From positions 67,874 through 131,873 of the forward strand of contig JANBVJ010000002.1 of the NCBI GenBank assembly GCA_024239055.1: a DNA stretch of 64,000 nucleotides, in the 5' to 3' direction. A program made the translations under genes and the position numbers. A model generated the notes under the pieces. The model was not told where the DNA came from. It searched no databases and saw only the letters and a program-made list of their open reading frames with translations. Every line of letters starts with the position of its first letter. Within the stretch, counting starts at the first letter, position 1. The stretch comes from Patescibacteria group bacterium. Lineage in GTDB: Bacteria > Patescibacteriota > Minisyncoccia > Minisyncoccales > UBA10102. Shown in pieces: positions 17,461 through 27,800 of this stretch.

Positions 17461-17510
17461 TAGTCAGTTCCTACATCATTTCTTTAAAAGAATATCGAAT
17501 ATCTATCAAG

Positions 17511-17534
17511 AGTGACACGTACACCTCTGATTCA
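17511..17534 (-). promoter_or_regulatory. Copy 3 of the ACGT-centred palindromic motif
   Basis: agtgacacgtacacctctgattca with a tatcaa arm upstream. It lies 50-75 nt upstream of the ATG at 17460, with a TTTAAA TATA-like box between. Confidence 0.55.
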
Positions 17535-17537
17535 AAA

Positions 17538-17966
17538 TTAATTTCCATCGTAAAATTCTTCTAGTTGGATTTCTCGTTGTTCCAGCAATGATTTTTCATA
17601 GTAAGTTTTCCAAGTGAATTCAATTCTGGTTTGGTTCTCAGTTTTTTCTACAATGTAGGTATTTTGACCTTCAAACAAATTAAGATAAACGTTAACTGCT
17701 CTTTCAACTCTCATGTCTGTCTCATCATTGTTTTCATAAGTTAACCGGAATTTCACAACATCAGCGTTTTTTTCTATCCCATCTCTATTTTGAAATTCTA
17801 ATTGACTTCTAATATCGTAATCCCAAATCATTCCGATTAACATTGTTGGAAAAATAATGTTATAGACTAATGATACAATAATGATTGTACCAATTATAAT
17901 TATTATTCTTGTTTTGGTATTTGTTTTTTTTCTCTTTTGCTCATTGTTTTCAAACTTTCTTTTCAT
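17538..17966 (-). CDS. N-terminally anchored protein (142 aa)
   Basis: Basic N-terminus + helix IIIIIGTIIIVSLVYNIIF. Preceded by palindromic motif copy 4. Confidence 0.65.
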   Translation of the reverse strand: MKRKFENNEQKRKKTNTKTRIIIIIGTIIIVSLVYNIIFPTMLIGMIWDYDIRSQLEFQNRDGIEKNADVVKFRLTYENNDETDMRVERAVNVYLNLFEGQNTYIVEKTENQTRIEFTWKTYYEKSLLEQREIQLEEFYDGN

Positions 17967-18013
17967 CTTTTGTTTTGTTTTTTAATTAATTAAAAAGTCT
18001 GCCTACCTATCGA

Positions 18014-18036
18014 ATGTGACACGTACACCTTTGATA
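18014..18036 (-). promoter_or_regulatory. Copy 4 of the ACGT-centred palindromic motif (best palindrome)
   Basis: In tatcgaatgtgacacgtacacctttgata, the arms TATCGAATGTG and CACCTTTGATA are complementary at 9 of 11 positions around ACACGTA. Overlaps a T7 run (18036-18042) just after the 1344-aa gene stop. Confidence 0.6.
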
Positions 18037-18044
18037 AAAAAATT

Positions 18045-21000
18045 CTATCTACCTTTGCCACGTTTGAACTTTCGTTTTGGTGTATTAGCATCAAATGAAG
18101 TAAAGCGATTCTTGTTTACTCTTCTTACTGTTCTAACTCCCCTCTTTGTAATTGCACCTCTCAAGAAGAACATCATCATAAACACAATCAAAATTCCAGC
18201 AAGCCACCAGTAGTTTTGAGTGATGAAATCAACTATCTGACATATTACATCACATGGTATTCGTTCAGTAGCATCAACTGTTACAATATGTTTCTCTTTG
18301 AACTCAACTCCACCTTTGGTTATTGAGAATATTATTGGTATTTCGTAAACAAGTGGATCAATACATGGAACTGGTGTTACAAATGGATCAAGTCCTTCAC
18401 ATGATATTAGTGGAACAGTAAGTACGAAACTCTCTAATGCAGTATTCTTAAACCTAGCCGGATCATTAATTGTCCTAGAACTATCTACTTCTGTATCAAA
18501 TCTTAATGTAGTTGGGAATGTTGAAAATGAAAACCATGTATTGAATTGTTGATCTGGTTCTATGTTTGAGATTTCTACTGCTGTATTCATCATACCAAAT
18601 GTAGAAATTACAAAGTCTGATGGAACATTATCTTTTGGTACTACATTGAATAGTTCTGATAATATTGATAATCCTACTAATCTTTCAAATGATGGTACAC
18701 CTCCACCAGTTGATGCACTTCCAGAACCACCAGCAGTCTGATTAGTGGCAATTGTAAAGAAGATACTTGGATCATTAACTGTTACTGTATCATTAATTGC
18801 TATATCTAGAATTCTAAGTAAGACAACATCATCCTGAATTGTTGATATATCCTGAATTAGTTTTGTTACATCAATTATAACATTATCTTGTGTAACTACT
18901 GGATCTGTTTCTGTTACATCTGAATCCTTACTACTTTGTACTGTATCTGATACTGATGTAGTATCAATGAATACCTTTGTTGGTACTAAGTCCAAGTTAT
19001 CAAATGCACTTGCTACATCTGATAATTGTCTAGTCACATCAAGAATTACCAAGTCATTTGCTGTGATTAGGTCAATTGGGTTTTCTCCCAAGTCTGTAGT
19101 AGAATCAATCAAGTCTGAAACACTTGCTGTATCTGCAAGAAGTTTGGTTAGGCTAAAGTTCAATTCATCTGAATTTGCAACTACATCTATTATTGCTTTG
19201 ATAATTTCTAATCTCACTTCATCGTTTGCTTGAACTGTATCTAACTCAAGAATTTGTGTTATTACGCCTGTATTAGTCTGGTCTATTATTGTTATAATGT
19301 CTGCAATAGTCTTTTCAATATTCTTATCTGGATCATCTAATACTGTAGATAAATCTGTAAGTGCCTTTGTGATTTCAAACTGTAATTCATCGTTTACATT
19401 TGTTGTATCAAGAAGTTCTACTGATCTGAATACACCTGTATCTACCAAGTCTAATATTGTCGCTGTATCTAAAAGACCCATTGAGATATTGAAGTTTGTT
19501 TCATCCAATGCAGTTACCGTATCTATGTTTAGTTTTGTAATGTTAAGTGATGTAACATCTAATACATCTCCTGTATCACTTAGTTCTATTACAAATACTG
19601 CATTAGTGTTTACTGTATCAGATGATGCTATTGTATCAGTTGCTAATTTTGTAACGTTCTTGTTTTGAGATAGATCTACTGCTGTTACCACATCTGAAAC
19701 ATCTTGATCAAATACCTGACCTGTCAAAAACTCCATAACCTGATAACCTAACTCCCATGATCCTGTTGATAATCCTCTTTCAAATCTTACAGTCGTTGCA
19801 TTTTCTAATGTGATTTTTCCATGTGCCTCACCAAAACTATCTGTATCCGATTTTGTTGCCTTACCGTTTGAAAATCCCATTGGTGACATTGAAGTTCCTA
19901 TTGCAATTGAATTGTTAAAGATCCCTACCGATGTAATTGTTGCAGTATCGTTTTCTGTTCCTGCTGTTTGGTTATGAATTAGATGTTGAATATTAGCAAA
20001 GTCAGAAGGGAATGTAATTAACTGCCAATTAATCAAGAGTGCTGGATCTGCACTATCAACTCTTTCAAATACCATGTCTGGTGGACTGCTACCATCCAAG
20101 TGTGCGAACAATGCTGAATCATCCGGTTCATCTTCAAATTCAGAATTTGAAGTCATGTGAGTAACTAAAAGTATAGTCTGGTTTCTAATTACGTCAGTTG
20201 GTGGACTAACAGACAATGTTGTGCCTGATAATGATGCCTGACCTCTTTGGACAGAAATATTATTTTGATTCCAATCTATGATGTTTACCACTGCTACTGA
20301 TTCTTGTGTGTCAGATGGTAATTCAACTTCGTATCCCCATGTCGTATCATTTAGTATTCTTATTCTAGCAAATTCTTCCTGCCCAATTGTTGTGTCACCA
20401 AAAGTAGATGACCATGAGTTGTATTGAATATGAGAACCACTTGCATTAACAGGACTCATGTGCATTACCAATTCATCAGTATCTATTCCATTTGGATATT
20501 GAACTTGATCTCTTTGAACAAATATTGGAGATGATTGATCAAACTCTACAATATATGCTGTAAAATTTATTGCATTATTTGTTGCTAGTGGATCATTTGA
20601 ACCATGAATTCTAAGTGTAGATGTATCAACTATTCCAAATCTTTTCAATCTCTCGCTTACATCTGCTGTATCTAGTGATGCATCTTCAATTGACATGAAA
20701 AGAATTGTATTATTAACAGTTAGAAGTGAAGGAGAAATTGAAAAATCTTGAAATACTGATGCACCTGTGTATGTATCCTCAACTTTTACAATCTGTCTTA
20801 ATGTGTTTGTTCCCTGTGCGTTTTCTGCTTCATCGGCTTCTAAAAATTCAATTAACTGCCATCCTATCTCTTGGAATGCAGTTGAATCTTCCCTGCTAAT
20901 CTGAACCCTAGTATTATTTATCACCTGTAATGTTGATTGTGATCTGTCTATTCCACCATCAATTTCACCATCATTAGAACCTGATCCAGTTGAATAACCA

Positions 21001-22079
21001 AATGGAGTACCACCATGACTCATTGCTATGGTTTTGTCATAATCTTGTATTTCTGGAACTATTACATCAATTGAAAGTTCAGTATCAAGTAAAGTTGAAT
21101 TGAAATGTTTAATCTTGATAAAGTCGGCAGGAAACTCGATTAACTGCCAAGCAACAAGTAATTCTGAATCATCATCATCTCTGAAAAATCTTATATCCCC
21201 ACCATCAGTTAATGATCCTCGTATCATTGAATCGTCATTTGGTTCTGTTGATGCTCCATCAGATGTGTATGTGAATAAGAACATTGTTCTGGTAGGATCA
21301 ATTGCTGTAAAGTCAGTTCCACCAATTAACTCACCTGTGAATGATGGATTTACCATTGTGAAAAGTCCTGATTGAACTGAAATATCCGTTTGATTCCAAT
21401 CTATTACTGAGACTAACGAACCTTGTGGTGTGTCTGGTGCTGTATCTATGTTAACTCTCCAAGTTGTAGAATCTAAAATATCTATTCTTAGAAAATCATT
21501 GTTACCCACAGCAGTTGCAGAAACGTTAAGATGCATTCCACGACTAACAATCATGCTGTTTGTTGTATTAACAGAACCCATTGTAAATGATTGACTACCT
21601 GCACTTGAAGCAAGAGATTCTTGTAAGTGTTGGACATCAATTTCTGATGTTCCATCATATTCAATGATATATGCAATAAATTCTACTGCATTATTTCCAG
21701 TAGCAGTATCTTCCCCTTTCAGTCTTAAAGTATTAACATCTAAAATCTCAACTGACTTGAATGTGTCACTTGCATCATTTTCTCCTGTATGTCTTACTGT
21801 GTAAATTACAAATGATTTGTCAATGTTTTGTAGTGGTGGATCTATTACAAAGTCAGCACTTGCAACATCAGCAGGGTAAAGACCTGCAATTTTTATGACC
21901 TGTCTTATCTCATTGTCTGCAAATGCTGGTTGAAATGTGAATGTAGGTGTTATTGCTACTAACAATAAGATGAAAAATCCAGCATAAAGTTTTTTTCTAT
22001 TAATTTCTATGTTCTCAGATTTTAAAAATATGTATCCAGCAATAGGAATTAGAATGACCAGAAAGAGAGGATTGATCAT
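18045..22079 (-). CDS. Giant secreted surface protein (1344 aa) with internal duplication, D/T/V-rich repeat region and C-terminal anchor module
   Basis: Signal-like N-terminus ending FQPAFA/DN. A ~400-aa module occurs twice (IRQVIKIAG... and LRQIVKVED...), with recurring WQLIEF-type strands. Periodic D/T/V-rich repeats span ~18775-19715. Gly-rich linker, ERLVGLSILS module, TM helix and K/R tail follow. ATGA overlap with the upstream gene. Confidence 0.9.
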   Translation of the reverse strand: MINPLFLVILIPIAGYIFLKSENIEINRKKLYAGFFILLLVAITPTFTFQPAFADNEIRQVIKIAGLYPADVASADFVIDPPLQNIDKSFVIYTVRHTGENDASDTFKSVEILDVNTLRLKGEDTATGNNAVEFIAYIIEYDGTSEIDVQHLQESLASSAGSQSFTMGSVNTTNSMIVSRGMHLNVSATAVGNNDFLRIDILDSTTWRVNIDTAPDTPQGSLVSVIDWNQTDISVQSGLFTMVNPSFTGELIGGTDFTAIDPTRTMFLFTYTSDGASTEPNDDSMIRGSLTDGGDIRFFRDDDDSELLVAWQLIEFPADFIKIKHFNSTLLDTELSIDVIVPEIQDYDKTIAMSHGGTPFGYSTGSGSNDGEIDGGIDRSQSTLQVINNTRVQISREDSTAFQEIGWQLIEFLEADEAENAQGTNTLRQIVKVEDTYTGASVFQDFSISPSLLTVNNTILFMSIEDASLDTADVSERLKRFGIVDTSTLRIHGSNDPLATNNAINFTAYIVEFDQSSPIFVQRDQVQYPNGIDTDELVMHMSPVNASGSHIQYNSWSSTFGDTTIGQEEFARIRILNDTTWGYEVELPSDTQESVAVVNIIDWNQNNISVQRGQASLSGTTLSVSPPTDVIRNQTILLVTHMTSNSEFEDEPDDSALFAHLDGSSPPDMVFERVDSADPALLINWQLITFPSDFANIQHLIHNQTAGTENDTATITSVGIFNNSIAIGTSMSPMGFSNGKATKSDTDSFGEAHGKITLENATTVRFERGLSTGSWELGYQVMEFLTGQVFDQDVSDVVTAVDLSQNKNVTKLATDTIASSDTVNTNAVFVIELSDTGDVLDVTSLNITKLNIDTVTALDETNFNISMGLLDTATILDLVDTGVFRSVELLDTTNVNDELQFEITKALTDLSTVLDDPDKNIEKTIADIITIIDQTNTGVITQILELDTVQANDEVRLEIIKAIIDVVANSDELNFSLTKLLADTASVSDLIDSTTDLGENPIDLITANDLVILDVTRQLSDVASAFDNLDLVPTKVFIDTTSVSDTVQSSKDSDVTETDPVVTQDNVIIDVTKLIQDISTIQDDVVLLRILDIAINDTVTVNDPSIFFTIATNQTAGGSGSASTGGGVPSFERLVGLSILSELFNVVPKDNVPSDFVISTFGMMNTAVEISNIEPDQQFNTWFSFSTFPTTLRFDTEVDSSRTINDPARFKNTALESFVLTVPLISCEGLDPFVTPVPCIDPLVYEIPIIFSITKGGVEFKEKHIVTVDATERIPCDVICQIVDFITQNYWWLAGILIVFMMMFFLRGAITKRGVRTVRRVNKNRFTSFDANTPKRKFKRGKGR
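18775..19715 (-). repeat. Coding low-complexity periodic repeats (D/T/V/L-rich) inside the 1344-aa gene
   Basis: Translation shows ~17-18 aa periodic units such as DTxxVxDxxxxxxxKxL. The antisense strand gives spurious S/V/F-rich ORFs (18967-19233, 19297-19668). Confidence 0.6.
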
Positions 22080-24150
22080 GTTGGTGGTTTTGGTACAGCG
22101 AAGTTTGGATTGTCACCAGTACCATTTGAACCTCCTAGTGCTAATATTACATCTGTAGTTACATTTCCAATAAAGTCGTTAATGTTTTGAATAATTAGAT
22201 ATTTTGTTCCATAAAATGCACCAGCATTTGTCATTTCTTGGGAAGATGAATATGATCCGTTATTCATCTTGTCAATTATCTGATACATGTTCAACTGGTT
22301 TGTATCAATGTCAGTAAAGATTGAATTAAGTTCAGATGTTGTAATGTTGTAATGTTGTATTGTGTTTACTAGAATTTGCTTTTCTAAAAGTGTGAAAGTA
22401 TTACTTGGGTTTGGTTCAATTATAGTTCCGTTCCCATTAATTTCTGCTGAACTTGGTGGAGTTGCACCACTGAATTCGTTTGATGGGATTGAAAATCCAC
22501 TGATTAACATTCCGGTCAGGCGATAAGTTACAATACTGTTTGAATCTAATCCAGTATCATCAAATGTTGATGTTACCGTAGTAACGTTTCCAACATTTAA
22601 GAAATCAGTTCCATTCTGTCTTTGAATAATTACATCTATTATCTCTGCATCAAGTTCATCTGCTTCCCATGTTAGCCTTAATGATGAAGAAGATAACGTA
22701 TCGATTAATGATATTGATCCAGTTGTTACCTGTTCAATCTCAAAAATTACAAATGAAACATTTACTTTTTCTCTTGCATTTGGTGAGTTTGAACAACTTG
22801 CATCACAACTTGCAGTTAAAGTTAATTCTAGATCTGTATAGTCTGTAATACTATCTGCTTGTGTTCCGGTTAGTTCTTGCTGGAAAATAACATAATTTGA
22901 TGTTAATCCTGTATGTGTGAATGATGCGATTTCTGTAACTCCTTGTCTTAGTTGTATTGTAAATTCAACTGGATTAGTCCCAACATCTGCTTTTCTAACT
23001 GTATATTTTAGAAAATGACTGTCAGATCTTTCTGGATCATCCATGTCACTCATTGTCATTATGTCAATATCGCTGTCAGAACTTCCTAACCCTAATGATT
23101 GAATGAAATCTCCATCATCCCTTTCAGATTCATTTACACACTCAAATGTAGTCAAGTCACCACATGGAGCATTCCCTAAACCATTTACCCATCTTACCGA
23201 AGGATTGCTATCTGGACTTGCAGAAAATAAGATTACAGTTGTTCTTTGTGAGATCTGGTTTGAAGGAAGGCTTTCAGCAGATGTACCTTTTGATACTACG
23301 TGATATGTGTAGAAAGTATCTGGAATTAACCCTGTATTAGTAAAAGTCGTGGTTCCGTTTAGAACATTTCCAACAGTATTGAAAGTTGTACCATTGAATC
23401 TTCTAATATCATAACTTAGAACATTTGAAAGGTCAACTGGTGCAGTCCAATCTAATTGCAAGGCAGTTGAATTTACAACTGTAACTGTATCAAGAGTTGG
23501 TGGTGGAATAATTGGTTGATCTAAAACTGCGAATTCTGCCCAAGAAACACTTACACTATCTCTATTTCCTCCTGCACTACATGTTCCTGAGTTACAAGAT
23601 GCTTCTAATCTTAATTCAAGGTCTGTATAATCTGTAATTGAATCTGCTTCTGTTGGTGTTAGTGCATATTCATATTGAGTAAAAGTTGTAGTAAGTGTTC
23701 CCTGTGTAATGTTTAAAACTGCAATGTCAGATGTCTGACCTTGTGATAAATATACAAGAAGGAAAGGTGCATTCACACCAAGCCCTTCTTCTCTTGCTTG
23801 TACTCTGATAACATGTCCGTCACTTTTTAATGGGTCTGTGACAGATGTAAGACCAATAAAATCAATATCTTGGTTACTTGTGGAAATTAATGAAGATGTA
23901 ATAAAATCTGTATCATCTGGTGTCACTTCATCTAAACAATCCCAATGCTGTAACCCTGTACAACCTGTCTCTCCTATCCAATCAACTCCTGTATCTGCAT
24001 CTGGTCTTGCAAAAACATCAACTGCAAAAGCACTATCTATTGAAATTAAAACTATTGTTGTTGTAAATAAAAATGGAAGTAATATAACTACAAAAAAATA
24101 TTTTTGTCTTTCAGTTACGCTTTTTTTTTGTGTAAAAAATTTAGGTTCAT
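22076..24150 (-). CDS. Secreted protein (~691 aa) with 2 x [~130-aa Cys/Asp domain + FN3]; reading frame interrupted at an A9 tract (24121-24129)
   Basis: The ORF track gives 22076-23926 (GTG start). The same frame stays open up to 24157 and encodes a signal peptide (KYFFVVILLPFLFTTTIVLISIDSAFA/VD), but it has no ATG/GTG/TTG. An ATG at 24148-24150 in the neighbouring frame reads MNLNFLHKKKA-stop through the A9 run. A -1 slip or a tenth A joins the two. Confidence 0.6.
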
Positions 24151-24169
24151 CGCTACTCTATTCACTCAC

Positions 24170-24745
24170 CTAAGTTACGGTTATAGTATAGTTGACGTTC
24201 AAAGTGTCTCCGGCAGAAATCGTAACGCTACCGAATGTTGAACGTGCAAACATTTGCCCACCTGCAATTCCGTTAAAAATTCCGGCTTCTGTGATCGCAC
24301 CAGCACACGTAGCACCATCGAAGGATGATATTACACTTGTTGATGTTTCACCAGATGTTCCTGAATTTGAATCAGGTGATGCATCTTGTATTCTTGCACA
24401 TGCACTTGTCTCAATCGTTGTATCTACTGCTGTAGGTGCAGTTGTTCCGGTTCCGATTTCTATGAAATCAAAGAACGTTGAACCTGCTCCACCAACTCCG
24501 AATGTTGCTTGACTCATCTCATCAAGTCCGACATCTACAACTAGGTTGTGGTTTTCAATCGTGTACTTTAGCATTCCAGTTTCAGTGTCAAAAACTTGTA
24601 AGATTACATGACCTGTAATCTGAGATGCATCTACTAGAGATGGTGTTTCTGAAAGTTCAGATTGGAATGAAGTTGAAAACGCAGACATTCCAAGAAGTAC
24701 AGCGACTAATGGAAGTGCGAAAAGTGCGTATTTTATGTTAGTCAA
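24170..24745 (-). CDS. Small secreted beta-rich protein (191 aa) with atypical G/C-richer codon usage; candidate abundant structural subunit
   Basis: TTG start (in-frame TGA 12 nt upstream). Signal peptide YALFALPLVAVLLGMSAFS. C-terminal ITEAGIFNGIAGGQMFARSTFGSVTISAGDTLNVNYTITV resembles fibre/jelly-roll-type strands. Many CpG-containing codons, unlike its neighbours. Confidence 0.85.
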   Translation of the reverse strand: MTNIKYALFALPLVAVLLGMSAFSTSFQSELSETPSLVDASQITGHVILQVFDTETGMLKYTIENHNLVVDVGLDEMSQATFGVGGAGSTFFDFIEIGTGTTAPTAVDTTIETSACARIQDASPDSNSGTSGETSTSVISSFDGATCAGAITEAGIFNGIAGGQMFARSTFGSVTISAGDTLNVNYTITVT

Positions 24746-24810
24746 TGATTGGATTCATGAATTTCATGTATTAATCTTGAATTAAGTAAATTATTTTAGA
24801 TAGTTGTCAA

Positions 24811-27800
24811 CTAACTTGAATCGAATTTCTTCTTGAATTTCTTCTTTACTCGTGTCTGTCTCCTTCTGCCTCCCTTGACCCTTCTTCTAATGAAGTTTCC
24901 AAACACTGCTGAGGCTATTAAGACCATGAATAGTAGGATTATCTGTAATTGGACTATATCTAGAGGAATAGGTCTGCCATCTACGAATACCTCAGTCGAA
25001 GCCACATATTCTTGATCACCAAGTCCGAACCTGAATTCTAATGGTAGAGTGTGTAGGATTGGGTCAAAGCAGTTTATTGTAATGCCTAAATCTGCATTAC
25101 ATTCTGATGGAGGCAAAACTATTGTATATGGAATATCAGCACTCGACATTGCAAATTCACCAGTTCCTTCAAGTCGCTGAACAAGTGGGAATGGTGGCAA
25201 GTCGAATCTTATATCTAGGTCTGAATCTGGAAGAGTTATTCCCTTTACTATGAGATTATCTTCTCCTTCCCATTGAACTGTGATAGATCCTTCAATGACC
25301 TGTCCTGCCTGAGCAAACTGATGAGTTCTTGAGAGTATTGAAAGTCCAGTTAACCTTTGTGCAAACACTACTTCTGGATCTGGAATCGTTATTTGTGGTG
25401 TTGGTTGTGAACCACTTCCTCCACCTCCACCACCTGCTGGTGCTCTTCCTAAGAATAGGTTGAAGTTGATTGTTACATCAGTCATGTTAACTACGTATGT
25501 TTCAGATGTGATTTTATTCAATCCTGAATTATATGAAGTTGGAACTACATCTGCACTTGCTAGGAATTGTTCTGCATTTGCCTTGAATATTGTAGAGATA
25601 AAGTCTGCAACCATTGTAGAAGTATCATTTACTGCACTTCCTTGCCATCTTGTACTCCAACTAACTTGATCGGTTGAATCACAAACTGGTGTTGATGGGA
25701 ATTCTGTAATGTCTTTTGCATCAGTATAGTTTACTTTGATTCTAATATCTGTGCCAGCACCATTCGTGGGACAATCAACGTCAAATACCAATGCATTTAT
25801 CGTAAATTCTGATGTATCATTGCCTGCTGGTGCAGGGAAGTTGAATGTCTTGTTTAGGATAAAGTCATCTGCATCTGTGAATGTAAAGTTAAAGTTTCCT
25901 ACAGCAAGATTATCAAATATTGCGTTTGAATTTACATCAAGACCTACAAGTAGATTGAATGTAGAGTTTACACCTTCAACAATTCCTCCACCTTTGAAGA
26001 ATGATCCATCCTGTTCTCTTACCTTGACGATTAGATGAGATCCAAATATTATATCTACAACATTACTTACAGTTCCCTCTCCTGCACTTGAAAGTGCCCT
26101 TATACGATAACCAAATGTATCAGGCTTTGTGACATTTGAATCGCTGAAATTCAAAACGTTTGGAGTCGTAGTATTGGCAATTAATGTAGTGAATCCTCCA
26201 AAGTTAATTCTTCTATCAATCTTGTAACCTGTAATTGGGTTTGCAGAAGCCGGAGTAGTCCATGAAATATCTATCTGATCTCCATTTTGTGCACCTGAAA
26301 GTAGAGGTGCATTAGGTGGACTAGCAGTTGTTATTGATCCTTCATTGCTGAATGCTCCTGTACCAAATGCATTGATTCCTGATATTCTATATGTGAATTG
26401 TGTAGCAGGAGTTGTTGTCGTATCAGTAAACGTAACGAGTGAATTACCAGTATTAGCAATTAGAACTAAAAATCCACCTGCTCCAACCTTTCTTTCAATT
26501 TTATATCCAGTTGGTGATCCTGCTGGTTCAGTCCAATCTATAGTTACATCACCATTTGGTTCTTCATTAACATCAACAAGTGATGGTGCATCTGGTACAC
26601 CTGAAATAACAGGCAAACAACTTTCAATGTTTGAAGTAACATTTGCGAATCCTAACCTACTTCCTGCACGTACATCATACTCGTACAAAATATTCATTAA
26701 AAGTCCAGTATCATTATGAGTTGTTATTATGTTTGTTGTATTTGAAATTAAGGTCGTGAATCCTCCACCATCTACCTGTCTAAATATTCTGTAACCGTTT
26801 ATTGCTGATGTAGTTACTGGTGCTGACCATGAAAGTTCACATGTATTTAGTACAGTTGATGCTGATAGATCAGTTATTCCTTCTGGAATTGTTGGTGGAG
26901 TGATAACTACTACATCATTTGATGATACCAAGTCACCTGTAAAGAATGTTAATGTTACATTTCCAGCACCACCATTTAGGAAAGTAATATCATCAATTGT
27001 TCCTTCATAAGTTGAATCTCCTGTACCATCTCTATTGCTTACCATTACTTTGAGATACCTAATTCCTGTAGTACCTGCTTCAATAACTTCTTCTACAGAT
27101 TCTATTGGAGATAAGAAGAGTGGATCTGAAAATATCGTTGCTGTAACTGCTGTACTGTTTGGAACTCCCCTTTGCACTTGAAGATAAACATCATTTATTC
27201 CTAAATCGTCTACATTCGTGGTAAATACTTCTCCTTGAGTTGCTCCTGTATTAATTACAGTTCCATCTGATGCAATAACTCTAATTATTCCATCAGGATT
27301 ATTATGACTTAATCTAAATCCTATAAAGTCCTGACCTTGATTTGGAAGGAGTGTGTTGCTATCACCAAATCCAATAAACAAGTCATTTCCTGTAGTATCT
27401 GATCCTGCTGATAATGCTGTAATATTCAATTTTGCTCTTAGTAACCAATCTTCTGTATCTAGAGTTGTTCCTATTGGGTCAACAAATTCACCTTGATTGT
27501 AGGTTCCTGTTCCACTTGAATCCCAATCCATGAATCTACTTACTGTATCTACTGAAACTCTTGTTCCAGACATTGTTGTAAAGTTGTCAGTTTCAAAGTT
27601 ATCAAAGAAGTCATACTCTACTAAGTAAATGTCATCAACTATTCCAATAATATCTCCGTTTGCAGTTCCATCACTATTTTTTACCATGACTTTGAGATAT
27701 TGTAAATCTGTTATTCCTGCTGGTATTGTTACTGTTTGTGATTCTAATAATGTGTTGAAACTTGCATCAGAAAATAGGTTTATTGTTAGACTTGTAGTTG

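Noticed and set aside
23838-24173. Plus-strand 111-aa ORF spanning the gap between the 616-aa ORF and the 191-aa gene.
   Set aside because: The minus strand here encodes a textbook signal peptide continuous with the 616-aa frame (see the A9 frameshift finding), which explains why the region is open. The plus ORF is a shadow.
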